64,000 bases of DNA. Source: Algiphilus sp. (GTDB lineage Bacteria > Pseudomonadota > Gammaproteobacteria > Nevskiales > Nevskiaceae). The stretch is taken from positions 26,717 to 90,716 of the forward strand of contig NZ_JAGLEJ010000002.1 in the NCBI RefSeq assembly GCF_023145115.1, given 5' to 3'. Shown in pieces: positions 27,097-36,348 of this stretch. A program made the translations under genes and the position numbers. A model generated the notes under the pieces. It was not told where the DNA came from. It worked only from the letters and a program-made list of their open reading frames with translations, and did no database searches. Positions within the stretch are counted from its first letter, which is position 1. Every line of letters starts with the position of its first letter.

Positions 27097-27768
27097 GTGA
27101 TTCGCGTCTCCAATATCACCAAGTCCTATCCGATCCAGGGCTTCGCGCGCTACACCGTATTGCGCGATCTGAGCCTGGAGCTGCCGTCACGCACGCCGGT
27201 AGGCATCGTCGGCCGCAACGGGGCCGGCAAGAGCACGCTGCTGCGGCTGCTCGGCGGGATCGAGCTGCCCGACCGTGGCCGGGTCGAGGCGGACGGCCGC
27301 ATTTCGCCTCCGCTGGGTCTGACCAGCGGGTTCGCGCAGCGCATCTCGGGGCGCGACAATGCCCGCTTCGTGTCGCGGATCAATGGCGACGACCGCGCGA
27401 CCCAGCGCGAGCGCGTTGCCTACATCCACGCCTTCTCCGAACTAGGTGACTTCTTCGAGCGGCCGGTGGAGACCTATTCCTCCGGCATGCGGGCGCGGCT
27501 GGCGTTCTCGATCAGCATGTCCTTCGAGTTCGACTACTACCTGATCGACGAGCTCACCGCGGTGGGCGACCAGAAATTCCGCGCCAAGGCGCAGAAGACC
27601 TTCGAGGAGAAGAAGGGCCGGTCCAGCGTCATCATGGTCAGCCACAATCTGGGCCAGCTCAAGCGCGACTGCACCGTGGGCGTCTACCTGCGCGCCGGCG
27701 AGGCCGTCTACTACGACGATATCGAGGCGGCGATCGCCGCCTACAACGAGGATGTACAGCATTCATGA
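27097..27768 (+). CDS. kpsT: Polysaccharide export ABC ATPase (KpsT-like, no C-terminal carbohydrate-binding extension)
   Basis: GTG 27097. Walker A GRNGAGKST, signature YSSGMRARLAF, Walker B YYLIDE. Only ~223 aa. Confidence 0.9.
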   Translation: MIRVSNITKSYPIQGFARYTVLRDLSLELPSRTPVGIVGRNGAGKSTLLRLLGGIELPDRGRVEADGRISPPLGLTSGFAQRISGRDNARFVSRINGDDRATQRERVAYIHAFSELGDFFERPVETYSSGMRARLAFSISMSFEFDYYLIDELTAVGDQKFRAKAQKTFEEKKGRSSVIMVSHNLGQLKRDCTVGVYLRAGEAVYYDDIEAAIAAYNEDVQHS

Positions 27769-28868
27769 AGGTGGATCCGCCCTGGAAGGCGAACAAGCTG
27801 CTGCGATACGTGGGCGTTGTGCTCGCGCCGACCCTGCTGGTGCTGCTCTATCAGGCGCTGATCGCGTCGGACGGCTACATAAGTGATGCGCAGGTCATGG
27901 TCGAGCATGAAACACCGATGCCGGCCCCCGAACTGGCCATCGGCAACCTCCTGGGCAGTACGCCCACCAAGACCGATGCGCTGGTGGTGAAGACCTTCAT
28001 GGAGTCGCGCGCGATGCTGGAACACCTCGAGGAGACGCTCGATCTGCGCGCGCACTTCAGATCGAAGGACATCGACCCCTGGAACCGCCTGGCGCCGGAC
28101 GCGACACGCGAGGAAGTGCTGGCCTACTACCTCGATCATCTCGAGGTGACCGTCGATCAGGAGTCCTACATCCTCAACATCGCGTTCGTTGCCTACGATC
28201 CGGCCTTTGCGCAGCAGGTCACCCAGGAACTCGTGGCGCGCAGCGAGAGCTTCGTCAACAACATCAGCCAGCATCTGGCGCGCGAACAGATGCAGTTCGT
28301 GCAGGGCGAGGTGGAGCGCGCGCACGGCGAGCTCAAGAAGGCCTCGCGCGAGATGGTGGATCTGCAGCAGCAGTACGAAGTGCTCAGCCCCGAATCGGAA
28401 TCGGAAGCCGCCGGCACCATCCTGGCCGGTCTGCTGCAGGAGCTGGCGAAGCAGCGGACGCAGCTCAAGGCACTGACCAGCTATCTCAATTCCGGCGCTT
28501 CGGAGGTCGTGCAGACGCGCCAGAAGATCGCCGCGCTGGAGGAGCAGATCGCGCAGGAGCGCGCCAAGCTGGTCGGGGACGAGGGCTACGAAGGCCTCAA
28601 CGAGCTCATGCTCGCCTATCAGGACGCCGAGGTGAATCTCAAGGTGGCCACGGAGGTCTATCAGTCGGCGATCGGAACGCTCGAGACCACCCGCCTGGAG
28701 ACTGCGCGCAAGGCCAAGTATCTGGTATCGGTATCGGCGCCGGGGCTGCCCGACGAGGCCGAGCACCCGCGCATCCTCTACTGGACGGGCACCGTCTTCG
28801 TCTTCCTCAATCTCGCCTACTTCGTGCTCGGACTGATCATCGCCACGGTCCGCGATCACCGGGAGTGA
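27765..28868 (+). CDS. kpsE: Capsule export inner-membrane adaptor (KpsE/CtrB, PCP-3-like)
   Basis: N-terminal TM LRYVGVVLAPTLLVLLYQALIASDGYISDAQVMVE, a long coiled periplasmic region and a C-terminal TM WTGTVFVFLNLAYFVLGLIIATV. ATGA overlap with kpsT. Confidence 0.8.
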   Translation: MKVDPPWKANKLLRYVGVVLAPTLLVLLYQALIASDGYISDAQVMVEHETPMPAPELAIGNLLGSTPTKTDALVVKTFMESRAMLEHLEETLDLRAHFRSKDIDPWNRLAPDATREEVLAYYLDHLEVTVDQESYILNIAFVAYDPAFAQQVTQELVARSESFVNNISQHLAREQMQFVQGEVERAHGELKKASREMVDLQQQYEVLSPESESEAAGTILAGLLQELAKQRTQLKALTSYLNSGASEVVQTRQKIAALEEQIAQERAKLVGDEGYEGLNELMLAYQDAEVNLKVATEVYQSAIGTLETTRLETARKAKYLVSVSAPGLPDEAEHPRILYWTGTVFVFLNLAYFVLGLIIATVRDHRE

Positions 28869-30580
28869 CCATCATGCGACGCCGTTTCATCGCCACCCTG
28901 GCCGTGCTGCTGCTGCCCGCGGCGCTGCCCGCGCAGCAACTGCCCATGTTCGAGCCGGACGCCGAGTCGCTGATGCCGACCACGCCGCAGGTGTCGCAGT
29001 CCGGGGCGCGTCAGGTACAGCCCACCGACCCGCCGCCCAAGGAGCGGCCGAAGGACGACGATCTCCGCGAGGTGGAGACCGGTCCGGACGCCCCCTTCGG
29101 CGCCTACCTGTTCCGCGGTCGCTTCGCGCAGGAATCCTTCCGCGGCTTCAATCCGGATTACGTGATCGGCGTCGGCGATCGCATCAACATCAAGCTCTGG
29201 GGCGCCTTCGAGGCCACCCAGCAGCTCGAGGTCGATTCCCAGGGCAACATCTTCGTGCCGCGCGTCGGGCCCATCAGCGTGCAGAACGTGCGCAACGAGG
29301 ATCTCAACCGGGTCATCAACCAGCGCATCAAGAACGTCTACCGGGAGAACGTGGGGGTCTACGCTGCGCTGGCGGTGGCCGATCCGGTACGCGTCTTCGT
29401 CACCGGCAACGTCGAGGCCCCCGGCCTCTACGCGGCGCACGGCTCCGATTCGCTGCTGCACTTCCTCGACCGCGCCGGCGGCATTGCGCCCGACAGCGGC
29501 AGCTATCTGGACGTGCGCGTGCTGCGCAACGGCGAGGAGCGTGCGCAGGTCGATCTCTACGATTTCCTGCTGCGCGGCGAGCTGCCGCTCATCCAGTTCC
29601 GCGATGGCGACACCATTCTCGTCGAGCGTCGCCACTCCACCGCGACGGTCAGCGGCATGGTCGATCGCGAGGCACGCTTCGAGTTCAAGCAGTCGATTCC
29701 GCTGCCCGAGCTGCTGTCCTACGCGGGCGTGCAGGAGCGCGCCACCCACGTGCAGGTCATCCGCAACCAGACCCGGCAGCGCGAGGCCGAGGTGCTGGCG
29801 CTGGGCGGCGGGCTGGCGTCGGTCGACATCGTGTCCGGAGACGAAGTGCGCGTCTTCGAGGACCGGCGCATCGGCGCCATCACCGCGTCCGTCGAGGGCG
29901 AGTTCCAGGGCGTCAGCCAGTTCGTGCTGCCCTACGACAGCACCCTGCAGGATCTGCTCGACCGCATCGAGGTCACCGACCGCTCCAATCTCGCCGGTCT
30001 CCAGCTCTATCGCCAGAGCGTGGCCCAGCGCCAGAAGGAAGTGCTCGACCAGATGCTGCGCAAGCTCGAGGAGGCGGTGCTCAGCGCGCGCTCCGGCACA
30101 CGAGAGGAGGCCCAGCTCCGCGTGGCCGAGGCCGAGCTCATCAAGGAGTTCATCGAGCGCGCGTCCAAGGTCGAGCCCAAGGGACGCGTCGTGCTGCACA
30201 AGGGGTTCGATCCGGCCTCCATCGCCCTCGAAGACGGCGATGTCCTGCGTGTTCCGCGGCACAGCAACACCGTTGCGGTGCAGGGCGAGGTCTTCCTGCC
30301 GACCTCCTTCGTGCATCAGGAGGGCAAGCCCGTCGACTACTACCTCGAGCAGGCGGGCGGCCTGACCCAGGCCGGCGGCGGTGACAAGATCTTCGTGATG
30401 CGGGCCAACGGCGAGATCGCCGATGCCAAGAGCGGCCTCTTCACGCGGACCCGGGTGCGGCCCGGTGACGAGATCATGGTGCTGCCCACCGTGCAGCTGA
30501 AGACCTTCCAGTTCACCAAGGATCTCACCCAGGTGATGTCGCAGGTGGCGCTGACCGCGGGCGTGGTGCTAGGGATCTGA
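28865..30580 (+). CDS. kpsD: Polysaccharide export protein (KpsD/OPX family with SLBB domains)
   Basis: Signal peptide RRRFIATLAVLLLPAALPAQQ. YVIGVGDRINIKLWGAFEATQQLEVDSQGNIFVPRVGPISVQN (Poly_export motif) and several SLBB-like repeats (GDTILV, GDVLRVP, GDEIMVLP). The start could be ATG 28874. Confidence 0.8.
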   Translation: MTIMRRRFIATLAVLLLPAALPAQQLPMFEPDAESLMPTTPQVSQSGARQVQPTDPPPKERPKDDDLREVETGPDAPFGAYLFRGRFAQESFRGFNPDYVIGVGDRINIKLWGAFEATQQLEVDSQGNIFVPRVGPISVQNVRNEDLNRVINQRIKNVYRENVGVYAALAVADPVRVFVTGNVEAPGLYAAHGSDSLLHFLDRAGGIAPDSGSYLDVRVLRNGEERAQVDLYDFLLRGELPLIQFRDGDTILVERRHSTATVSGMVDREARFEFKQSIPLPELLSYAGVQERATHVQVIRNQTRQREAEVLALGGGLASVDIVSGDEVRVFEDRRIGAITASVEGEFQGVSQFVLPYDSTLQDLLDRIEVTDRSNLAGLQLYRQSVAQRQKEVLDQMLRKLEEAVLSARSGTREEAQLRVAEAELIKEFIERASKVEPKGRVVLHKGFDPASIALEDGDVLRVPRHSNTVAVQGEVFLPTSFVHQEGKPVDYYLEQAGGLTQAGGGDKIFVMRANGEIADAKSGLFTRTRVRPGDEIMVLPTVQLKTFQFTKDLTQVMSQVALTAGVVLGI

Positions 30581-31366
30581 TCCGGTCCGCCGCGCGCGCA
30601 GCGCGTGGCGGTACCCCGGCGAGCGCCAGAGACGGAGCAGGCTGCGCAGATGCCAGCGCAGATGCTGCGCGCGCCTGAGCGTGCGGCGCCCGGGGTCGTG
30701 CACGATGCGGAGCTCGGGCAGCAGCGCCACCGACAGTCCCAGCGCCCGCGCGCGCAGGCTGAGGTCGACATCCTCGCAGTAGAGGTAGTAGCCCTCGTCG
30801 AAACCGTTCAGTCGTCGGAAGGTGTCCGTGCGCATGGCCAGGAAGAGCCCGGCCAGCCAGTCGACATCGCGCTGACCGTGACCGGGCGCGCGAGCGGCAT
30901 CGCGCAGCTCGCCGGACAGATAGCGCCGCAGCAGCGCCGCCGGCGTGGGCAGCATGCGGCCGTTGTCCTGCGGCGCACCGCCGGAGGTGTGCGCCATGGG
31001 CGAGACGATCCCGGCGCCCGGGCGGCGCAGCTCCGCTTCGACGGGGTCGAAGACGGCCTCGTCCACGCGCAGCTCGGGGTCGGCCATCAGCACGAATTCC
31101 GAGTCACTGTCGCGCAGCGCGGCATTGTGATTGGCGCCGAACCCCTTCGGTCGCGCGTTGCGGATCACGGTGAGCCGGTCGCGCATGGGCTCCGGCAGGG
31201 TCGACAGGGCTGCCGGATCCTCGGGGATGTTGCACGTGAGGATCAGTCGATGCGGTCGATCCGCGAGGCGCGCGTGGATCGAGCGCAGGCTGTCGAGCGC
31301 ACGGATGCCGTGCCCGTGGCTGACCACGGATACCGTCCAGCGCGGTGGCGTCGCGCCCGCGCTCAT
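30569..31366 (-). CDS. GT2 family glycosyltransferase
   Basis: VSVVSHGHG...VIRNARPKGFGANHNAAL...FVLMADPEL...WLAGLFLAMRTDTFRRLNGFDEGYYLYCEDVDLSLRA. Convergent 12-nt overlap with kpsD. Confidence 0.75.
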   Translation of the reverse strand: MSAGATPPRWTVSVVSHGHGIRALDSLRSIHARLADRPHRLILTCNIPEDPAALSTLPEPMRDRLTVIRNARPKGFGANHNAALRDSDSEFVLMADPELRVDEAVFDPVEAELRRPGAGIVSPMAHTSGGAPQDNGRMLPTPAALLRRYLSGELRDAARAPGHGQRDVDWLAGLFLAMRTDTFRRLNGFDEGYYLYCEDVDLSLRARALGLSVALLPELRIVHDPGRRTLRRAQHLRWHLRSLLRLWRSPGYRHALRARRTGSDP

Positions 31367-32277
31367 CGGCCGCCGGTGCGCCCCCGGAGCCCGTCGCGCG
31401 TGCCGCGCAGCATGCTGCCGAGCTTGTCGAGCCGTTGCCGCTCGAAGGCCGCGACCTTGATCAGCAGCTTGAGCCCGCCGAGCGACTCGTATGCCATCCA
31501 GGCCGGGAAGCGGGCCGCGTGGCGGCGTGCCAGGATGATGCGGTTGCGGCTGATGAAGTAGTGCCGCAGCGCGCCGTGATGGGTCGGATAGGCGCGCACG
31601 CCGCCGGGCAGCCGTCGCTGCTCGACCTCGCCGAGGGCGTGTCCGAGGGTGGCGTCAGGCACCGCGACGATGGCGTAGCCGTCCGCCCGCGCCCGCAGGC
31701 AGAAGTCGGTGTCGACGAGGTCGATGAACAGGCGTTCGTCGAAGCCGCCCAGTGCGGACCAGGCCGCGACCGGTACCAGCATGCCGGAGCTGATCGCGAG
31801 ATCGACGCGGGTGGGCGTGTCGATGCGCTCGGCATAGACGAAGCGGAAGAACGGGCTGCGGCCACCGCGCGACGCCGGCCACCGGCAGGTGATGTCGGGA
31901 TGGCCGTAGACGATGCGCGGCACCGCGGCGGCCACCGGTGCATGGCGCGGATCCTCGGCGGCCGCCAGCAGGCGGTCGACCGCCCCCGGCTGCGGCACGC
32001 TGTCGTGATCCAGCAGGAAGGCGTGCGTCGCACCGAGTGCGCGCGCGTGGGCGATGCCGCGGTTGGTGGCGGCGGCGATGCCCTCGTTGCGCGCATTGTC
32101 CAGCGCGTGCAGCTGGCCGACACCGCGTGCGCGCAGCGCCTCCGGCGACCACCGCGTGTCGGACGCGTTGTCGACCACGACCGTGAGCGCGCTCTGCTCC
32201 GCGGCGCGTGCTACGCGGTCGTCGAAGCCCGGCGGCGGGTTGTAGCGGATGATGACGGACGCGACGCGGGCGGACAT
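31363..32277 (-). CDS. GT2 family glycosyltransferase (rhamnosyltransferase-like)
   Basis: ASVIIRYNPPPGFDDRV...VVVDNASD...NEGIAAATNRGI...FLLDHDSVP...FIDLVDTDFCLRA. ATG 32277. ATGA-type overlap with the downstream GT2. Confidence 0.8.
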   Translation of the reverse strand: MSARVASVIIRYNPPPGFDDRVARAAEQSALTVVVDNASDTRWSPEALRARGVGQLHALDNARNEGIAAATNRGIAHARALGATHAFLLDHDSVPQPGAVDRLLAAAEDPRHAPVAAAVPRIVYGHPDITCRWPASRGGRSPFFRFVYAERIDTPTRVDLAISSGMLVPVAAWSALGGFDERLFIDLVDTDFCLRARADGYAIVAVPDATLGHALGEVEQRRLPGGVRAYPTHHGALRHYFISRNRIILARRHAARFPAWMAYESLGGLKLLIKVAAFERQRLDKLGSMLRGTRDGLRGRTGGR

Positions 32278-32370
32278 GACGAGACGATACCCGTTCTCGG
32301 ACCCGGCGGCCGGACCGCGCCGCTGCACCGGTATGATGCGGGACCCGCGCCCGAGACCCGACACCGCTTC

Positions 32371-34134
32371 ATGTTCCAGCCCCGTGCCCGCCGTCCCGCG
32401 CCCGGCGCCCTGACCACGGTCAGCGGGCGCGAGGTCACCGGCTGGGTGATGGCCGGCGCTGCCGGCGAGCCGCTGACGGTCGTGCTGGAGATCGACGGCA
32501 TCGAGGTCGCGCGCACCGACGCCGACCTGCCGACCGAGGCGTACGATCGCGCCGCGACCGGCTTCCGCTTTGCGGCGGATACGCGCTTCACCGCGCTCGG
32601 TGGCAGTCGCTACGCCGCTGTTCGTGTGTTCGTCGAGCGTGACGGCGGCGGTCGCGACGAGCTCGCGCGCAGCCCGCAGGTTCTGGTGCTGCATCCCGAT
32701 GTCGAACGCGGCGGCGCAGCCTGCATCCTCACGGCGGGGCGGACGCGGGCAGTGTCGCTGGCGCACGACCTCCGCGCCGCTCACGGCGGTAGTGTCGCCG
32801 AGATGCATGGTGTGCGCGACGCCCTCGACCTTCCCGATGCCTTCCCGCGCGGATGCCGCTACGTGGTCGGCGATCTGCCGGCGATGACGGCCCGTCAGGC
32901 CGGGCTGGTCGACTACGCATGGGTGCTGCTGCTCGCGGATCCGGTCCGGCATCTGCGCGAGACGCTCGCCGAGCTGTGCGATGGCCGTGCGGCACCGCTG
33001 CGCGGCGGCGCCGAGGCGGATCGGGCCTGGCTCGACCGTCTGGCGGCGGTCGATACCGCCGACGCGCCGGCTTTGGCGGCCTGCCTCGCGGATGCGCCCG
33101 CGGCGATCCGCGCCCTGATCGACAACCCGCAGTGCCGCCTGTTGCTGCCGCCGCGGCAGGATCGCATCGGGCCGCGGCAGGGGGGCGCGGCGCAGCGTCA
33201 TCTGGGGTGGTTCGATGCGGTGGCGGTGGATGGCGATCCGGGGGCAGGGCGCAACCGGGTTGGGCGCCTGTACGGCATTCCGGAACCCGTCGGAGCGGGA
33301 ATGCCGGCGTCGGCGCCGACCGTTTTCGACAGCATTCCGGAATCGGTGCTCGCGCCCTTCGTCGAGCAGGACCGGGCCCTGATCGCGGCCGCCCGGTCGT
33401 GTCCGGAGCGCCCGCCGGGCGTGGCCTGGCGCGTGCGCAGCGGCCGCCGCGCGCTGGGCGCCGAACGCCTTGCCGCCGACCGCGGTGATGGCCGCGCGGC
33501 ACCCGATGCATCGCGCCGGCCCTTCGCCATCCTGCGCGCCCCCGAGCCGCGGGCGAAGCGCACGCTCGTGGTGCTGGGCGTTTCCCGCGGCGGCACCTCG
33601 ATGGTGGCAGGTACGCTCCGTCTGGCAGGGGTCTTCATGGGGCAGCGGCTGTCCAGCGACAGCCACGAGGACCGCGACTTCCACGTGCACGATCGTCGCA
33701 CCCTGCGCCGGCTGATCGCGGAGCGCAATGCGGCGCACGCCGTCTGGGGCTGGAAGTATCCGCACGCCTTCGACTACCTCGCGCGCATCCGCGGCAGCCT
33801 GCGCAATCCCCGCTTCATCGTCGTGTTCCGCGATGCGGTGGCGGTGGCCCAGGCCTTCAACCGCGCCGACGGCATGCCCTTCGACCGCGCGCTGCGCGAG
33901 GCCGAGGCGCGGTACCGGCGTCTGGCGCGCTTCGTCGCCCGCTGTCGCGATCCGGTGCTGGCGATCTCCTACGAGAAGGCACTCGCCGATCGCGAGGGTT
34001 ATCTGCTCGGGCTGGCCGACTTCTGCGGTCTGCATCCGAGCCCCGAGCAGTTCGATGCCTGCCGGGATTTCGTGTCTCCCGGCGATTATGTCCGCCTGCG
34101 CGGCGGCCCCGGCCGGGTGCGCCGCCAGCCCTGA
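32371..34134 (+). CDS. 587-aa bipartite protein: unknown N-terminal region plus C-terminal sulfotransferase domain
   Basis: In-frame ATG 32371 inside track ORF 31345..34134. C-terminal ~200 aa: RTLVVLGVSRGGTSMVAGTLRLAG (5'-PSB-like, closely resembling GMHRSGTS of the 1519-aa enzyme) ...RFIVVFRDAVAVAQAF. N-terminus contains VTGWVMAGAAGEPLTVVLEIDGIEVARTDADLP. Confidence 0.7.
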   Translation: MFQPRARRPAPGALTTVSGREVTGWVMAGAAGEPLTVVLEIDGIEVARTDADLPTEAYDRAATGFRFAADTRFTALGGSRYAAVRVFVERDGGGRDELARSPQVLVLHPDVERGGAACILTAGRTRAVSLAHDLRAAHGGSVAEMHGVRDALDLPDAFPRGCRYVVGDLPAMTARQAGLVDYAWVLLLADPVRHLRETLAELCDGRAAPLRGGAEADRAWLDRLAAVDTADAPALAACLADAPAAIRALIDNPQCRLLLPPRQDRIGPRQGGAAQRHLGWFDAVAVDGDPGAGRNRVGRLYGIPEPVGAGMPASAPTVFDSIPESVLAPFVEQDRALIAAARSCPERPPGVAWRVRSGRRALGAERLAADRGDGRAAPDASRRPFAILRAPEPRAKRTLVVLGVSRGGTSMVAGTLRLAGVFMGQRLSSDSHEDRDFHVHDRRTLRRLIAERNAAHAVWGWKYPHAFDYLARIRGSLRNPRFIVVFRDAVAVAQAFNRADGMPFDRALREAEARYRRLARFVARCRDPVLAISYEKALADREGYLLGLADFCGLHPSPEQFDACRDFVSPGDYVRLRGGPGRVRRQP

Positions 34135-34238
34135 GTTCCGGGCTGTTCGACCAAAGTCGGGGATGTTGGTGGCGCCGCGGGTTGCTAGATTGCGTCGGTC
34201 ATCGGTGCATTCATGACAACAAGCGAGGAGACACGCTC

Positions 34239-34505
34239 ATGTCGCAGGAAAGAAAAGATGCGGCCGTCGCCTACTGGCAGGCCAACCTCAGGTTGCTGAT
34301 ATCGCTGCTCGTCATCTGGTTCGTGGTGTCGTTCGGAGCCGGGATTCTGCTGGTCGAACCGCTCAACGCGATCCCGCTGGGTGGATACAAGCTCGGTTTC
34401 TGGTTCGCCCAGCAGGGCTCGATCTACACCTTCATCGTGCTGATCTTCGTGTATGCGTTCCGCATGAACCAGCTCGACCGCAAGTTCGACGTGCACGAGG
34501 AGTAG
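34239..34505 (+). CDS. DUF4212 small membrane protein (putative solute:sodium symporter small subunit)
   Basis: 88 aa; AGGAG 8 nt upstream. YWQANLRLLISLLVIWFVVSFGAGILLVEPLN...GFWFAQQGSIYTFIVLIFVYAFRMN is typical of the family that precedes VC_2705-type symporters. Confidence 0.85.
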   Translation: MSQERKDAAVAYWQANLRLLISLLVIWFVVSFGAGILLVEPLNAIPLGGYKLGFWFAQQGSIYTFIVLIFVYAFRMNQLDRKFDVHEE

Positions 34506-34511
34506 GCCGCC

Positions 34512-36290
34512 ATGGATACCCAGACCTGGATCTACCTGATGGTGGGCGGCACCTTCGCCCTCTACATCGGAATCGCGCTGTGGGCGCGCGCCGGCTCCAC
34601 CGGCGAGTACTACGTGGCGGGGCAGGGCATTCATCCCGTGCTCAACGGAATGGCGACCGCCGCCGACTGGATGAGCGCGGCCTCCTTCATCTCGATGGCC
34701 GGCCTCATCGCCTTCCTCGGCTACAGCGGCTCGGTCTATCTCATGGGGTGGACCGGCGGCTACGTGCTCATGGCCATGCTGCTGGCGCCGTACCTGCGCA
34801 AGTTCGGCAAGTTCACGGTGCCCGAGTTCATCGGGGACCGCTTCTACTCGCAGACCGCTCGCGTGGTCGCGGTGATCTGCCTCGTGGTCATGTCGCTGAC
34901 CTACGTGATCGGCCAGATGCGCGGTGCCGGCATCGCCTTCTCGCGCTTCCTCGAGGTCGACATCACCACCGGGCTGCTCATTGGCATGGGCGTGGTCTTC
35001 ACCTATGCGGTACTGGGCGGCATGAAGGGCATCACCTACACCCAGATCGCGCAGTACGTGGTGATGATCTTCGCGTACACGGTGCCGGCGGTGTTCATCT
35101 CCCTCCAGATCACCGGGGTCGCGCTGCCGCAGGTCGGTCTGGGCGGTACCGTGGCGGACGGAAGCTGGCTGCTGGAGAGGCTCGACGGACTGGTGACCGA
35201 TCTCGGTTTCGCGGCGTATACCGAGCCCGGAGGCATGAGCATGCTGAACATGTTCCTGCTGACCATGGCGCTGATGATCGGAACGGCGGGTCTGCCGCAC
35301 GTCATCATCCGCTTCTTCACCGTTCCCAGGGTGCGCGACGCCCGCAAGTCGGCGGGCTGGGCGCTGGTGTTCATCGCCATCCTCTACACCACGGCGCCGG
35401 CGGTGGGCGCCATGGCGATGTACAACCTGCTCAACACCGTGCAGCCCGGTGAGGTCGGTGCCGAGACCGGCAACCTGGTGGCCGAGGAGCGCCCGGAGTG
35501 GATGCGTACCTGGGAAGAGACCGGTCTGCTGGCCTTCGAGGACAAGAACGACGACGGTCGCATCCAGTACTACAACGCCAAGAACCCGGAGTTCGCCGAT
35601 GAAGCCGCTGCCTACGGCTGGGAGGGCAACGAGCTCGACGTGGATCGCGACATCATGGTGCTGGCCAATCCGGAGATCGCGAAGCTGCCGGGCTGGGTGA
35701 TCGCGCTGGTGGCGGCCGGCGGTCTGGCGGCGGCGCTGTCCACGGCGGCCGGCCTGTTGCTGGCCATATCGTCCGCGGTATCGCACGACCTGCTGAAGAG
35801 CATCATCGCCAAGGACATCACCGACAAGCAGGAGCTGCTGGCCGGGCGCATCAGCATGGGCGTGGCCATCCTGGTGGCCGGATACCTGGGATTGAATCCA
35901 CCGGGCTTCGCGGCCGAGGTGGTGGCGCTCGCCTTCGGCATCGCGGCGTCGTCGCTGTTCCCCGTGCTCATGCTCGGCATCTTCAGCCAGCGCATGAACA
36001 AGGAAGGCGCCATCGCCGGCATGCTCGCCGGTCTCGGCACGACGCTGGTCTACATCTTCCTCTACAAGGGCTGGTTCTTCTTCCCGGAGACCGCGATGCT
36101 GCCCGACACCGCGGAAGGGTGGATTCTCGGCATCCAGCCGCAGAGCTTCGGCGCCGTCGGCGCGGTGATCAACTTCATCGTCGCCATCGCCGTATCGCGC
36201 GTGACCGCACCGCCGCCGGTTCATATCCAGGAACTGGTCGAGCACGTGCGCATCCCGCGCGGGGCCGTGGGTGCGGCTGCCGCACACTGA
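34512..36290 (+). CDS. Sodium:solute symporter (SSS family, ActP/VC_2705-like)
   Basis: 592 aa polytopic protein. YYVAGQGIHPVLNGMATAADWMSAASFISMAGLIAF and GGMKGITYTQIAQY are SSS signatures. Paired with DUF4212. Confidence 0.9.
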   Translation: MDTQTWIYLMVGGTFALYIGIALWARAGSTGEYYVAGQGIHPVLNGMATAADWMSAASFISMAGLIAFLGYSGSVYLMGWTGGYVLMAMLLAPYLRKFGKFTVPEFIGDRFYSQTARVVAVICLVVMSLTYVIGQMRGAGIAFSRFLEVDITTGLLIGMGVVFTYAVLGGMKGITYTQIAQYVVMIFAYTVPAVFISLQITGVALPQVGLGGTVADGSWLLERLDGLVTDLGFAAYTEPGGMSMLNMFLLTMALMIGTAGLPHVIIRFFTVPRVRDARKSAGWALVFIAILYTTAPAVGAMAMYNLLNTVQPGEVGAETGNLVAEERPEWMRTWEETGLLAFEDKNDDGRIQYYNAKNPEFADEAAAYGWEGNELDVDRDIMVLANPEIAKLPGWVIALVAAGGLAAALSTAAGLLLAISSAVSHDLLKSIIAKDITDKQELLAGRISMGVAILVAGYLGLNPPGFAAEVVALAFGIAASSLFPVLMLGIFSQRMNKEGAIAGMLAGLGTTLVYIFLYKGWFFFPETAMLPDTAEGWILGIQPQSFGAVGAVINFIVAIAVSRVTAPPPVHIQELVEHVRIPRGAVGAAAAH

Positions 36291-36319
36291 CAAGACCTCT
36301 CCATCCCGGCCTGATCTTC

Positions 36320-36348
36320 GGCCCGCTCATCGAGCGGGCCTTTCTTTT
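36320..36348 (+). terminator. Probable rho-independent terminator after the symporter gene
   Basis: GGCCCGCTC-ATCGA-GCGGGCC followed by TTTCTTTT. Confidence 0.6.

Noticed and set aside
32776-32787. GGCGGTAGTGTC, resembling the RfaH ops element GGCGGTAGnnTG
   Set aside because: It lies inside a coding region (32371..34134), not in an operon leader. It deviates from the consensus at the last base and no JUMPStart context surrounds it; probably chance.
34185-36293. 702-aa ORF on the minus strand
   Set aside because: It is antisense to the DUF4212 and SSS symporter genes. It is hydrophilic and Arg/His/Gly-rich with no recognisable domain.
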